A stretch of 43,180 nucleotides of DNA from a virus. The notes under the pieces were generated by a model. That model was not told the origin of the DNA. It did no database searches and saw only the letters and a list, made by a program, of their open reading frames with translations. Numbering within the stretch: the stretch's first letter is position 1; each line of letters opens with the position of its first letter. Shown here piece after piece: positions 7,061 to 15,884 of the stretch. Location: the IMG/VR virus record IMGVR_UViG_3300045591_000031. One strand, written 5' to 3'. Both the position numbers and the translations under genes were made by a program.

Positions 7061-9213
7061 TACTCAAACACCACCCTTCTAAAGCTTCTCGACTGTTTGT
7101 CATGCTGATACTTCTTCAACATCTTTTCAAAGTCCTTCTGGCTCATCTGATCGGCCTTACGGACATCCGCTGCTGTTGCGCTGCCGTAAAGGTTATAGAC
7201 CGGAGCATAGGTCACTGTAGCACTGCTGTTAGACTGGTTACGAATCACCTGCCTGCTTAAGTCATGCGGGATCACCCGGGTCCCGGATGGCAGGTCTACA
7301 ATCTCTCCTCCGATAGCTCTCTCATTGATCACAGCAGGGCCACCCGGCCAGTTAGCCGTACCTTTCGCCAGATATGGTATGGCCGAGATGTTAAATCCCG
7401 CTCCTCTTAAAGCTGAAGGCACCCATTTTTTGTTCGGAAGATGTATATGATTAATCCCGGAAATGAAGCCATTAATAATGGAAATGACGCCATTTATCAC
7501 ACTCCGCGCGATTGACTTGATCGCACGGAAAGGATGTGCAAAGAGATTTTTTGCCCCCTGCCAGACGGCACCCCACTTTTTCAGGAATGCACCCTTAAGA
7601 TAGGACACTACCTGGTCTGCAGATGCCCGGAAGCTGTTAAATTTAGCCCTGCACTTGCTGGCCATCGCAGAGATATCGTGCGCAGCATTTTTCCGTAGTT
7701 GAGCCGTGCCCTTCCGGACGTTTGCCATAGACTTTTTAATCTTGCCCGCATTTGTTTTCCAGCCAGCTGCCCAGTGTGCGATGTGCTTTCCCATCGCATG
7801 CAAGCCCTTCTTGGTGTTCTCCCCAAGCTGCCCAAGGCCTTTCTTGACGTTTGCCCAGGACTTAGCGATCTTCTTTCTGTTTTTGTAGATCAGCACCGCC
7901 AGGAGCGCCACTGCTGCACCGATGATCAGGATCTGTGCCACGATCGGATTAGCGGCAAAGATTGCCCCGAGTTTTGTGACAAGTCCTCTGGCAGCGCCAA
8001 TTAACTTAGAGCCCTGCAGGATCGTATGGAAATCCGAGAAAACTTTGTGCACCTTGTTGATTGTTACCATCGCAGGAAGCAGCAGAGCGATCGCAGACAC
8101 GACGCCTGTGATTGCTACACGTGCGCCTTTAGGGAGTTTCTGGAAGCCGGAAGCGAATTTCTGCGCCATAACAGCAAGCTTCATTGCAATCGGAGTAAAT
8201 GCTGTCAGAAGAGGCTCTGCAAGCTCTGTTGCTGCGATCTTAAGCGAGTTCATCGCGACTTTCATCTTAGCAGAGGCTGATACGCTCTTCTTCTGCATTG
8301 CCTCATATGTTGCCCCGTGCGAGTGCTTCATTTCTTTTAAGTACTTCTCGTATTTGGTCATGCCCTTGCCTGACAGTCCTAAAGCCGCAGTCAGGCCTCG
8401 AACATTTTTAAAGTAGTCCTTTAGCCCATCTTTTCCAGCTTCTTTCTGCACCATCTTGATCGCACCGGCGAGGCCCTTCTGCTTGATCAATTCCGCTCCA
8501 GTAGTATGATTTTTGTCATAAAACTGCTGCATGGCTTTCGACGGCTTGATAAAAGCAGTCAAAAGTCCTTTGATCTGAGTGGATGCTTCCGCTGTGTTTC
8601 CGGCGAAGCTCGTAGTCGCGGTGGCCATAGTGGCAAACAGCTCCTCATAAGAAACGCCCAGGGAATGCCCCAGCGGGAACAGAGACGCCATAGAGTGCGC
8701 AAGTTCCGGGAAGGTTGTCTTACCTAATTTAACCGTCTTAAAAGCAAGGTCAGAAACCTTCTGGGCGGCGGCATTTGACGTCTTCCCATAGCCATTCATC
8801 GCTGTTGCGATCATGTCGGCGGAGTCAGATACAGACGTTCCTCCGGTCTTTGCCGCGATAGCTATGGTCTTAAAGATCTTCTGCGTTTTTCTGCCGTGAT
8901 CTCCTAAAGTGGAGATTGTCTCGTACAGACCATCTGCTGCCTTGTTTAAGCTGATCCCCGTTGCATTGGCTGTAGACTCTACTGCTTTCTGATAGCCCTT
9001 AAGATGGCTGTGATTGTCGAGCAGCGTGTCCACGTTAGCCATGTGCGTCTGGAAGGACGCAGCAGATTTGATGCCATATCCCATAACGGCCTGAGCAGCA
9101 AGAGAAGCAGCGCTAAGACCTCTCTTGATCTTTTTAGAGCTGGAGCCAAGAGCCTCATCCAGCGACTTATCAATTTTGCCTCCGATATGGAGGATCACTC
9201 TTAGATCTCTCAT
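7060..9213 (-). CDS. Tail tape measure protein (717 aa)
   Basis: Lies after the chaperone pair. Long, helical and Ala/Lys-rich, with a central hydrophobic segment (AITGVVSAIALLLPAMV..., ILIIGAAVALLAVLIY). Confidence 0.85.
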   Translation of the reverse strand: MRDLRVILHIGGKIDKSLDEALGSSSKKIKRGLSAASLAAQAVMGYGIKSAASFQTHMANVDTLLDNHSHLKGYQKAVESTANATGISLNKAADGLYETISTLGDHGRKTQKIFKTIAIAAKTGGTSVSDSADMIATAMNGYGKTSNAAAQKVSDLAFKTVKLGKTTFPELAHSMASLFPLGHSLGVSYEELFATMATATTSFAGNTAEASTQIKGLLTAFIKPSKAMQQFYDKNHTTGAELIKQKGLAGAIKMVQKEAGKDGLKDYFKNVRGLTAALGLSGKGMTKYEKYLKEMKHSHGATYEAMQKKSVSASAKMKVAMNSLKIAATELAEPLLTAFTPIAMKLAVMAQKFASGFQKLPKGARVAITGVVSAIALLLPAMVTINKVHKVFSDFHTILQGSKLIGAARGLVTKLGAIFAANPIVAQILIIGAAVALLAVLIYKNRKKIAKSWANVKKGLGQLGENTKKGLHAMGKHIAHWAAGWKTNAGKIKKSMANVRKGTAQLRKNAAHDISAMASKCRAKFNSFRASADQVVSYLKGAFLKKWGAVWQGAKNLFAHPFRAIKSIARSVINGVISIINGFISGINHIHLPNKKWVPSALRGAGFNISAIPYLAKGTANWPGGPAVINERAIGGEIVDLPSGTRVIPHDLSRQVIRNQSNSSATVTYAPVYNLYGSATAADVRKADQMSQKDFEKMLKKYQHDKQSRSFRRVVFE

Positions 9214-9781
9214 TAGCTCTCCTTTACGCTATCCAGCACGGCCTTAAGTGCGGCCTGCCACTCTGCCAGCTCCCGGATCGGCATGCTCCAGAAGGTCATA
9301 ACATCCCCGCCTCCGTGCATGCCGATCACAAGATCCACGCACGCCTGCCTGACCGTTGCGGAGGTTAGGCGGGCTAATCCTCCGCGAACATAAAACCCTC
9401 AAAGGTGTACTTAACCAAAAGCATATCCCGGAAAGGCAGACGATTGAAAAATTCCATCGGCTGGCCTGTTACCTGCATAGCCGCAGCCAGGGCATATGCT
9501 GTGCTAGTCTCTCTCATCGGGTTAGCGTTCTCTTCGAGACTTCCAAAGCGGGCCGCCATACTCTCGATCTTTCTCATGTCCTGCCCGGACAAGTCTTCGA
9601 GACCCGACATATCCAACCCCTCATAGATCTTCCCCTCGAAGGTGTATGGCTTCCTGAATTTTACAAACAGATCAGCATCTTCTGCTGTCTTAGCTTCTGC
9701 CTTAACTTCGGTTTCCTCCGTTTTAACCTCTTCAGGCTCAGAGGCCGGAGTAGCTCCGGCCTGATTGTCATAGATTGCCAT
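9213..9781 (-). CDS. Tail assembly chaperone -1 frameshift fusion product (G-T-like)
   Basis: The -1 frame is open from the slippery heptamer to a TAA at 9215-9213 that overlaps the tape measure ATG. My translation of the extension is GFYVRGGLARLTSATVRQACVDLVIGMHGGGDVMTFWSMPIRELAEWQAALKAVLDSVKES. This frame has no start codon of its own of useful length. Confidence 0.6.
9374..9781 (-). CDS. Tail assembly chaperone (G-like / XkdN-like), 135 aa
   Basis: Lies between the tube and tape measure genes. Acidic N-terminus. A slippery site sits near its 3' end. Confidence 0.7.
   Translation of the reverse strand: MAIYDNQAGATPASEPEEVKTEETEVKAEAKTAEDADLFVKFRKPYTFEGKIYEGLDMSGLEDLSGQDMRKIESMAARFGSLEENANPMRETSTAYALAAAMQVTGQPMEFFNRLPFRDMLLVKYTFEGFMFAED
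9392..9398 (-). promoter_or_regulatory. -1 programmed ribosomal frameshift slippery heptamer G GGT TTT
   Basis: Minus strand reads gaG GGT TTT atg in the zero frame (X XXY YYZ), 5 codons before the chaperone stop. Confidence 0.6.
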
Positions 9782-9791
9782 TTATGCCTCC

Positions 9792-10325
9792 TTAAATCTG
9801 CTGGGAAATGTCGGATGACAGGTCCTGCCCGCCGATCTTACACACGTTATTGAGCTTATCAATCTCAATATTTGGCTCGTCCGAATCACCGAAGGTGTAG
9901 GAGTAGTAGAGCACTTCCACCGTGATCGATGCACCCATGTTATCCGCCTTTTTAAAGGATCCCGAAGTAAGCTGCTTGAAAAGCCCCTTAATAACCGCTT
10001 TTGCTGGCTTGTTGACGATGGATGCATCAGACATGTCGAGCATCTGCACCGATCCTCTCAACGTTACATCGACCTTGCCGCTTTCCTGGATGATGTTGAT
10101 TGCTGTGTCATCCAGGACGTCAAAGTTGATCTCTACAGTCATACTCTGCGGCTGCCCCTGTACCGGAATTTCAAACTTTCCTGCTACTCCGGCAAAGTCG
10201 CCGTCTACAGTGGCCGGCTGAATATCCGGAAGCTTTACTTCATTGCCTGTCCCCATCAGCTTGTTTGTGCCATTGGAGTAGACGTTGAAGTTATTCATGA
10301 TATTCGGAAAAAGTCCGCTTGCCAT
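9792..10325 (-). CDS. Tail tube protein (XkdM-like), 177 aa
   Basis: Directly follows the sheath gene with a TAATG overlap. Size and sequence character fit contractile-tail tube proteins. Confidence 0.7.
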   Translation of the reverse strand: MASGLFPNIMNNFNVYSNGTNKLMGTGNEVKLPDIQPATVDGDFAGVAGKFEIPVQGQPQSMTVEINFDVLDDTAINIIQESGKVDVTLRGSVQMLDMSDASIVNKPAKAVIKGLFKQLTSGSFKKADNMGASITVEVLYYSYTFGDSDEPNIEIDKLNNVCKIGGQDLSSDISQQI

Positions 10326-11833
10326 TACTTATCACCTCCTGCGATATTAGCCTTAAGAATGTCAGCGCTGTACTCCAACGTATCGTAGATCTCTTTCGCC
10401 GGCGTGAAAGGCGCGACGTACTGGTAGAAACGCACCTTACCAGCCAGAATGTCAGTGATTGGATTTTCAGAGTCCCGGAACTCAATGTGGCCTCCGGCCC
10501 ACTTGCCCTGGGCTGTCAGCGCATTGCATCTGATGTTCTCGTCATTTACCAGAGCCTCGATGGCACGGTGAGAGATGTTAGAATCCAGTCTGTCCATGTA
10601 GCGGACGATAAAGACATTAGCCTGCCAGCTCATCATTCTTCTGACATTGATAAAGCGGTCCTTAACGTCTGTGACGTTAGGGTAAAGAGATGTCTCTACA
10701 CCTGCGGTCTTCCACCCCTGCTTCCAGCAAGTGGTTGTGACCCCGAGGCCGTTGACATCTGCTGCCTGATCCAGATTAAGGTTGAGCTCCGTAAAGCCCT
10801 CACTGGTGACAAAGCCCGCTCCGGTGATCCCCATGTTGATGTTAGATGGAGCATTGCTCGGGCAGTCACCGTTAGCGGCATCCTGCGCCTGCATACCAGC
10901 GCCAAATACTGCTGTAAAGTGCATGCAGATATTGTCTGATCCTGCTTTGACGTAGTAAGGCCAGAGCACAGCGGCATCTGCAGATGCGTAAGCGTTGTTG
11001 TCCTTATCCGTCTTAAGGCTTGCTACGGTCCATTTTCCGCTGTCGTTGCCCGTGTTAAGAGACAGCAGCGCAAAGGCGCGGAAGACTCCGTCGATATCCT
11101 TAGTCTCTGCGATCAGCGCTGCACCGACTGCGGCCTGATCATCAAAGCCAGGAGCAAGCAGCGTTGCCGGAATGACGTGGCATCTGGCGTACACGTCTCT
11201 TACGCAGGCGATGCCTGTAGCGACTCCGTCGCCGTCAATCCCTCCGATGATATCCTCAGCTGTAACCTTGGACGGGTCCAGCTGTTTTGCCGTAACCTTA
11301 AGTGACTTTTCCGATGCCGCTGCTCCGGAGGACATCAGGCCGATTGCAACCAGTCCCTCATCAGTAAAGGTCAGGGTATAATCTGTGTCTCTTACCAGAG
11401 CCTTATCCGCCGACGTGGTTACCTTGACGGTATCCAGCAGCACTCCTGTGTGCTTAAGCGTTGCCATGCGGTTTGCCACACTGACAGTCTCAGATGTCAG
11501 GTCCTTTGTGTGTCTCGCCGGATCCAGCACGTTGATCATAACGACCGGAGCGCACTTGGACAGTGCAAAGGATGCATAAGCAGACTCGGCAAGTGTGTAA
11601 GTAAACTTACTTACGCCGTTGGCGTCCTTCTCCGGACCCTGATAGCCGAGCTTATCGACCATATCATCCATGGACTCAATCAAAATTGGTTTATTGGTCA
11701 CAGAGGTCGGATCCTCGGCCAGATTTACCGGCGCAGTTCCGATCACCACCTGGATACCGGATGTCCCGTAAGTCGGGACCGGCATCTTTGTTGGCACCTC
11801 ATTGACATAAATACCGTGTCTGTATTTAGCCAT
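10325..11833 (-). CDS. Contractile tail sheath protein, 502 aa
   Basis: Size, position ahead of the tube gene, and a sheath-like N-terminus (MAKYRHGIYVNEVPT...GTSGIQVVIGTAP). Confidence 0.85.
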   Translation of the reverse strand: MAKYRHGIYVNEVPTKMPVPTYGTSGIQVVIGTAPVNLAEDPTSVTNKPILIESMDDMVDKLGYQGPEKDANGVSKFTYTLAESAYASFALSKCAPVVMINVLDPARHTKDLTSETVSVANRMATLKHTGVLLDTVKVTTSADKALVRDTDYTLTFTDEGLVAIGLMSSGAAASEKSLKVTAKQLDPSKVTAEDIIGGIDGDGVATGIACVRDVYARCHVIPATLLAPGFDDQAAVGAALIAETKDIDGVFRAFALLSLNTGNDSGKWTVASLKTDKDNNAYASADAAVLWPYYVKAGSDNICMHFTAVFGAGMQAQDAANGDCPSNAPSNINMGITGAGFVTSEGFTELNLNLDQAADVNGLGVTTTCWKQGWKTAGVETSLYPNVTDVKDRFINVRRMMSWQANVFIVRYMDRLDSNISHRAIEALVNDENIRCNALTAQGKWAGGHIEFRDSENPITDILAGKVRFYQYVAPFTPAKEIYDTLEYSADILKANIAGGDK

Positions 11834-11836
11834 TCT

Positions 11837-12067
11837 CTACTCCTTTTCTGCGCGCTTGTAAAAAACATAGGCCGCGCCCTTACCCTCTCTGATCTGCTTG
11901 ACTGCCTCATGCTGTTTTGCCTGGGGGACAAGCAACTCGTTGAAAAATTCACCCTTATACTTCGTTCGCGCGGCCTGTACAGCCTCACGATCCTTAAAAA
12001 CCATGCCATGCTTCAGCCGGCCCTGCGTGGGTCCGATGTAGCACAGCGGCGCAAATCGCTTAGACAT
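11837..12067 (-). CDS. Small hypothetical virion-module protein (76 aa)
   Basis: ORF is packed tightly between the connector genes and the sheath gene. No recognisable motif. Confidence 0.4.
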   Translation of the reverse strand: MSKRFAPLCYIGPTQGRLKHGMVFKDREAVQAARTKYKGEFFNELLVPQAKQHEAVKQIREGKGAAYVFYKRAEKE

Positions 12068-12521
12068 ATGGATCCTCCTCTTCCGGTGTTAATCTCATAA
12101 AGACGAGGTCCAAGGCGCCGAAAAAGTAGGGCCACATGTCCTCATCCGTGTCCGCATAATCACGCGGGAAATCGCATTTAAACTCACCATGGAGCACTGG
12201 CTTTTCGTCGTAGTGATCCAGCACTTTTCGGACGATCTCGCCGAGTACTTCAGCGCCTTTATAGTCAGTGCTGTCATCATAGACGCCAAAGATCAGGCGC
12301 ATTGTGATCGTCTCGTAAGATTCTGCGCCCTGTCTCTGCATGCTGGAGCGCCGGGCAGCGATAAAAGGAAAGTCATCTGCATCTGATGATCCATCATCGT
12401 GCCGGGGCGGTGCGTAGGAAAAGACCTTGAGCTTCTTCGGCGTCCCGTCAGGACTGTCATAGATAGCGTCCTTGAACAGTTCCTGCAGATCTTTAATCAG
12501 TTGTGTTTTGAGCTCCATCAT
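12060..12521 (-). CDS. Tail terminator/completion protein, lambda gpU-like pattern (153 aa)
   Basis: Position follows the gpZ-like gene. The DDFPFIAAR...MRLIFGVY pattern parallels gpU (DFPAVAVY...LHIEVF). Confidence 0.45.
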   Translation of the reverse strand: MMELKTQLIKDLQELFKDAIYDSPDGTPKKLKVFSYAPPRHDDGSSDADDFPFIAARRSSMQRQGAESYETITMRLIFGVYDDSTDYKGAEVLGEIVRKVLDHYDEKPVLHGEFKCDFPRDYADTDEDMWPYFFGALDLVFMRLTPEEEDPYV

Positions 12522-13141
12522 TTAGCCATCTTCCCCCAGGTTCCTCCGCTGTTAGACCGTCGAATGCGATATTGCACACGTGTCTCCAAATTATGCGCAA
12601 GCTTTTCCGCGATTACCTTTTCTGCCTTTGTATAAACGCCCTTATTTCCGGCAAGCATCACGGGCACTGACGATCCTTTTAGCTCTTTTATTGGCAAGCG
12701 GCTCTTACCTACACGCTGGAAAACACCCGTATGCCCACTGGCCATCATTGCAAAAAAGGCTTTGATATCGCCTTTTTCCAGGGGCTTAACAGATCCGCCT
12801 TTTAGCTGTGCACCTTTAGGCGCTGCTTTTTTCGGATGTGTAACGCGGAAGTTTATTAAAGGCCTTGGAGCACCTTTGATGATGAGTGCACCCATTGGTC
12901 TTCCAGCGTTGGCCTTGATCATGCCCATAGACTTTTTAACATCCTTCTGCGTGATTCTGTATCTCTGGCTCGCCGCCTTTGCTAACAGACTCTTTGCGTA
13001 GTTGAGCGTCCGGTTGGTTGCCCAAGCAGTGTCAATGGGCATATCGTGCTTGATCTCACTTAAGCGGATAGAGACTTTTTCAAGATCTCTCTGATCATAG
13101 TGCACCGTCATTTTGACAGGCTGCTCAGAAGCGAACCCCAT
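12518..13141 (-). CDS. Tail completion protein, lambda gpZ-like
   Basis: LKGGSVKPL...GVFQRVGKSRLPIKELKGSSVPVML parallels lambda gpZ (LKGGGSVL...HVMQRVGKNRYPIDVVKIPMAVPL). Start set at the ATG at 13141, preceded by AAGGTGGGAG. The ORF track extends to 13177. Confidence 0.65.
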   Translation of the reverse strand: MGFASEQPVKMTVHYDQRDLEKVSIRLSEIKHDMPIDTAWATNRTLNYAKSLLAKAASQRYRITQKDVKKSMGMIKANAGRPMGALIIKGAPRPLINFRVTHPKKAAPKGAQLKGGSVKPLEKGDIKAFFAMMASGHTGVFQRVGKSRLPIKELKGSSVPVMLAGNKGVYTKAEKVIAEKLAHNLETRVQYRIRRSNSGGTWGKMAK

Positions 13142-13463
13142 TAGACTCCCACCTTTCCACTGTGATCTGATAGACACCCATCTCGACTGTTACGCCCGAA
13201 ACCGTAAAGCGCTGCCCGTCTATCGTAATAAGAGCGCCCCGCTTAGGGACGCTCCCATACTGATCAGCTTTTACGTAGAGCGTGGTCTGCCCGCCGAAAA
13301 CCCCAAGGATCTGAGGATTGCCGGATGACGGTGACTCAAAGAGTTTGTTATCATCGATCAGCGCAATCATTGTCTTTCCGTTGATCACATGCTGATCGCA
13401 AAACTCCTCATCGTTGAAAAAGATGGCATCCACATCATTTTTAAGCTGATCCTTAAAGCTCAT
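13125..13463 (-). CDS. Head-tail joining protein, gpFII-like (112 aa)
   Basis: Gene order (capsid, FII, Z, U) and a C-terminal pattern RGALITIDGQRFTV similar to lambda FII (RGDTLTIGEENFWV). Confidence 0.55.
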   Translation of the reverse strand: MSFKDQLKNDVDAIFFNDEEFCDQHVINGKTMIALIDDNKLFESPSSGNPQILGVFGGQTTLYVKADQYGSVPKRGALITIDGQRFTVSGVTVEMGVYQITVERWESNGVRF

Positions 13464-13465
13464 GA

Positions 13466-13792
13466 CTAACCTCTCAGTTTAACTCTGACTGTAGCCGCGT
13501 CTGCCGCTGCGGACTCTACCGCGTATCCGGCATCCGTATCGGTGTCAGTCGTGGAGACGGTTCCTGCGGTCGCTGAGTAGTAGACCTCTTTACCTGCATC
13601 AATCGCGGTGGAGGCCTTCTTCGGCATCGTGAAGACGCCCTCAACCACAACAGCTCCAGTCGTCCCAGCATCGATATCACCTCCGGCTACACCAACGCGA
13701 TCACCAATTACCACGATATCGCCAGCCGCTACTGCGGTCTTGGCGGTGTAGTCCAGAGCATTTCCGTCCTGTCTAAAAACTGCCTTAGCCAT
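13466..13792 (-). CDS. DUF2190-like head decoration/cement protein (108 aa)
   Basis: A Gly/Ala/Val-rich 108-aa protein adjacent to the major capsid gene (AAGDIVVIGDRVGVAGGDIDAG...). Confidence 0.55.
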   Translation of the reverse strand: MAKAVFRQDGNALDYTAKTAVAAGDIVVIGDRVGVAGGDIDAGTTGAVVVEGVFTMPKKASTAIDAGKEVYYSATAGTVSTTDTDTDAGYAVESAAADAATVRVKLRG

Positions 13793-15255
13793 TATTTAGC
13801 ACCTCCATTCTTGTAAATTCCGCGGAAGTCCAGAGCAGTGATGCCCCAGTCCATGAAGACGTCCCAGTGGAATCCAAGCACTCCCGGCTTCTCCATTCTG
13901 CGTACCTGCGGTGTTTCCGCTCCGTTGAGATAATCAACCTCGATAGACTTGGCAGACATCGGATCAGCTACCATGAACCACGGACAGGCACCTGCGCTCG
14001 CGGCTGCGTCCAGCTGCGGAACGATGATCGGCTGAAGTGCCATGCCATACATCGGGTTAACATCGTTGTTAGCGGATCCTGTGATCTGAGCGGAATGCAG
14101 CGCAACGTAGGTGTCGAACTGGTTCTGGTTTCCGATCAGCACGTACTTCGGAATGACTCTGATCGCCTGGCCGAAGTCGTCCTTCTGGACACCCATCTGC
14201 AGCAGTGCATCCTGCAGTCCTGCCTGTCCCGGCTTTGCGCCTGTAGCAGCGAGGTTGCCGTGCTTCTTGTCAAAGAGAGCGATTCCGTCAGCATAAGCGG
14301 CATTGGACAGCAGCAGATCATAAACCTGATTGTCGATTGTGCGCTTAGCAGCCGCAGAGTACTCGGACAGAGTCTTAGACAGCAGGCCGACATCGTCATT
14401 GATGAAGGCCTCTCTGGTCAGGCTGAAGCTCTTTCCGTAGGAGTCCAGCTTTCTGGTCGGTCTCATCTTATCGGACGGTCTGTCTGCCTTGATCTCGCCG
14501 TTCTCGCCGACCTTCTCGAAGTCAGAGACTCCGCCAACTTCCCACTGATGGACATTCTCGGCCTTAAAGTCGGACAGAGATCCCTTGGTTGTCCACAGAT
14601 TAAACGTGGTCGGGACCAGCTGATAAGCATCTACAATCGTCTTATTGACAGCCGCATCCATGATGACCGGGAACGCAGCAGACGGGTTAAAGGCTCTGCT
14701 GCAAACGGTCTGGAACAGCTCATCTTTGGACATGTGTCTCAGAGACTCAGCAGAAGCGCCTTCACGCTCCATACACTCAATGGCCAGGTCCTTAAGTTCT
14801 GTACCGGCATAAGGGGATCTCTCCTTGTCGGAATCATAGCCCATGCGCTGTCTCAGTCCAAGGACAGCAACAGAGCGGAACTTATCCTCTTCATCCCCGG
14901 TAACCTCCATCCTGCGGTTTCCGATCGGTGCCCTATCCTTAGCAAGCTCAGCCAGGACAGCAGCTCTTACCTCGTCCATAGACTTTCCGGAGGCAATATA
15001 GCTTTCCGGGTCCATGCCGAAAGATCTGCACAGGGCTGTGATTCCCGCAGCTCTCTCGCGCTCTTCCTTAATCGCGATCTCTCTTGCTTCTTTCTCTTTT
15101 TCTCCGGCGTCGTCATCAGCCTTAATCTGATCGATTTCTGCCTGCAGGGCGTTAAACTGCTTCTGCTCCTCTTCGGTCAGATCTCTCCCCGCAGCTTTAG
15201 CCGCGTCGACAATCGCCTCCTGCTTCTGCAGCAGGGCTCTAAGCTTTTTGTGCAT
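13792..15255 (-). CDS. Major capsid protein, HK97-family, with N-terminal coiled-coil delta/scaffold domain (487 aa)
   Basis: The N-terminus MHKKLRALLQKQEAIVDAAKAAGRDLTEEEQKQFNALQAEIDQIK is the typical HK97-family delta domain. Follows the prohead protease gene. Confidence 0.8.
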   Translation of the reverse strand: MHKKLRALLQKQEAIVDAAKAAGRDLTEEEQKQFNALQAEIDQIKADDDAGEKEKEAREIAIKEERERAAGITALCRSFGMDPESYIASGKSMDEVRAAVLAELAKDRAPIGNRRMEVTGDEEDKFRSVAVLGLRQRMGYDSDKERSPYAGTELKDLAIECMEREGASAESLRHMSKDELFQTVCSRAFNPSAAFPVIMDAAVNKTIVDAYQLVPTTFNLWTTKGSLSDFKAENVHQWEVGGVSDFEKVGENGEIKADRPSDKMRPTRKLDSYGKSFSLTREAFINDDVGLLSKTLSEYSAAAKRTIDNQVYDLLLSNAAYADGIALFDKKHGNLAATGAKPGQAGLQDALLQMGVQKDDFGQAIRVIPKYVLIGNQNQFDTYVALHSAQITGSANNDVNPMYGMALQPIIVPQLDAAASAGACPWFMVADPMSAKSIEVDYLNGAETPQVRRMEKPGVLGFHWDVFMDWGITALDFRGIYKNGGAK

Positions 15256-15269
15256 GCAAAGCTCCTTTC

Positions 15270-15884
15270 CTAATCACTTAAATAATTTTTAGTTATAGTC
15301 ATCTGCGCCTTGGCGATTGCCAGAGCTGAGCGATGATTATCATAATTAACATCATAGTCACGGCCTACTCCTACTGTCGGATCAGCAGGGATGGACACGA
15401 TGGACACCTCCAAAGGCTCCCACGACGTTGCAACAGACACCGGTCCGTCAAAGCGTCCGTCCTTGGACTTTTCTCCCTCATCGACCACTTCGTAGCGGCT
15501 GACTATGTATCCAACGGACACACCTTTGAGCGTTCCAGACTTGACCTTCTGGTAGATCACGTCGGAGTCTTCATCTTCGTCAAAAGTGATCTGCGCAAGA
15601 CCTCTTCCGTCTTCCGTCCAGGCTTTATCAATCCTGCCCACAACCTTGTCGCGGTCGTGGTTATACAGGACAACTCCGATAGAGTTGAGCCGGTCCAGAT
15701 TGACAGCCCCGTCGCTGTGATCGAGGATCTCTGGCCCTACCCACAGCTGATCATAGGGCTCTTCACTGGAGAAACTAATCTGAAACGTCCGGTTTTCCGG
15801 ATCCTCCGACATCGCTCTGATCGCCGCCGGCATTGCTCTCGTCTGGAGAGTTCCCTCCGTCTTCTTCTGGTTTTTTCGGTTCAT
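15270..15884 (-). CDS. Prohead maturation protease, HK97 (S78) family
   Basis: Motifs VVLYNHD..KVVGRI, LKGVSVGY and EVSIVSIPADP. Start set at the ATG at 15884, preceded by GGGAGGTGAGG. The ORF track extends to 15923. Overlaps the portal 3' end by about 110 nt. Confidence 0.8.
   Translation of the reverse strand: MNRKNQKKTEGTLQTRAMPAAIRAMSEDPENRTFQISFSSEEPYDQLWVGPEILDHSDGAVNLDRLNSIGVVLYNHDRDKVVGRIDKAWTEDGRGLAQITFDEDEDSDVIYQKVKSGTLKGVSVGYIVSRYEVVDEGEKSKDGRFDGPVSVATSWEPLEVSIVSIPADPTVGVGRDYDVNYDNHRSALAIAKAQMTITKNYLSD

Noticed and set aside
13867-15273. 468-aa plus-strand ORF
   Set aside because: It is exactly antisense to the major capsid gene. Its Leu/Ser/Arg-rich composition is typical of a reverse-frame shadow, whereas the minus-strand product has clear HK97-family capsid features.
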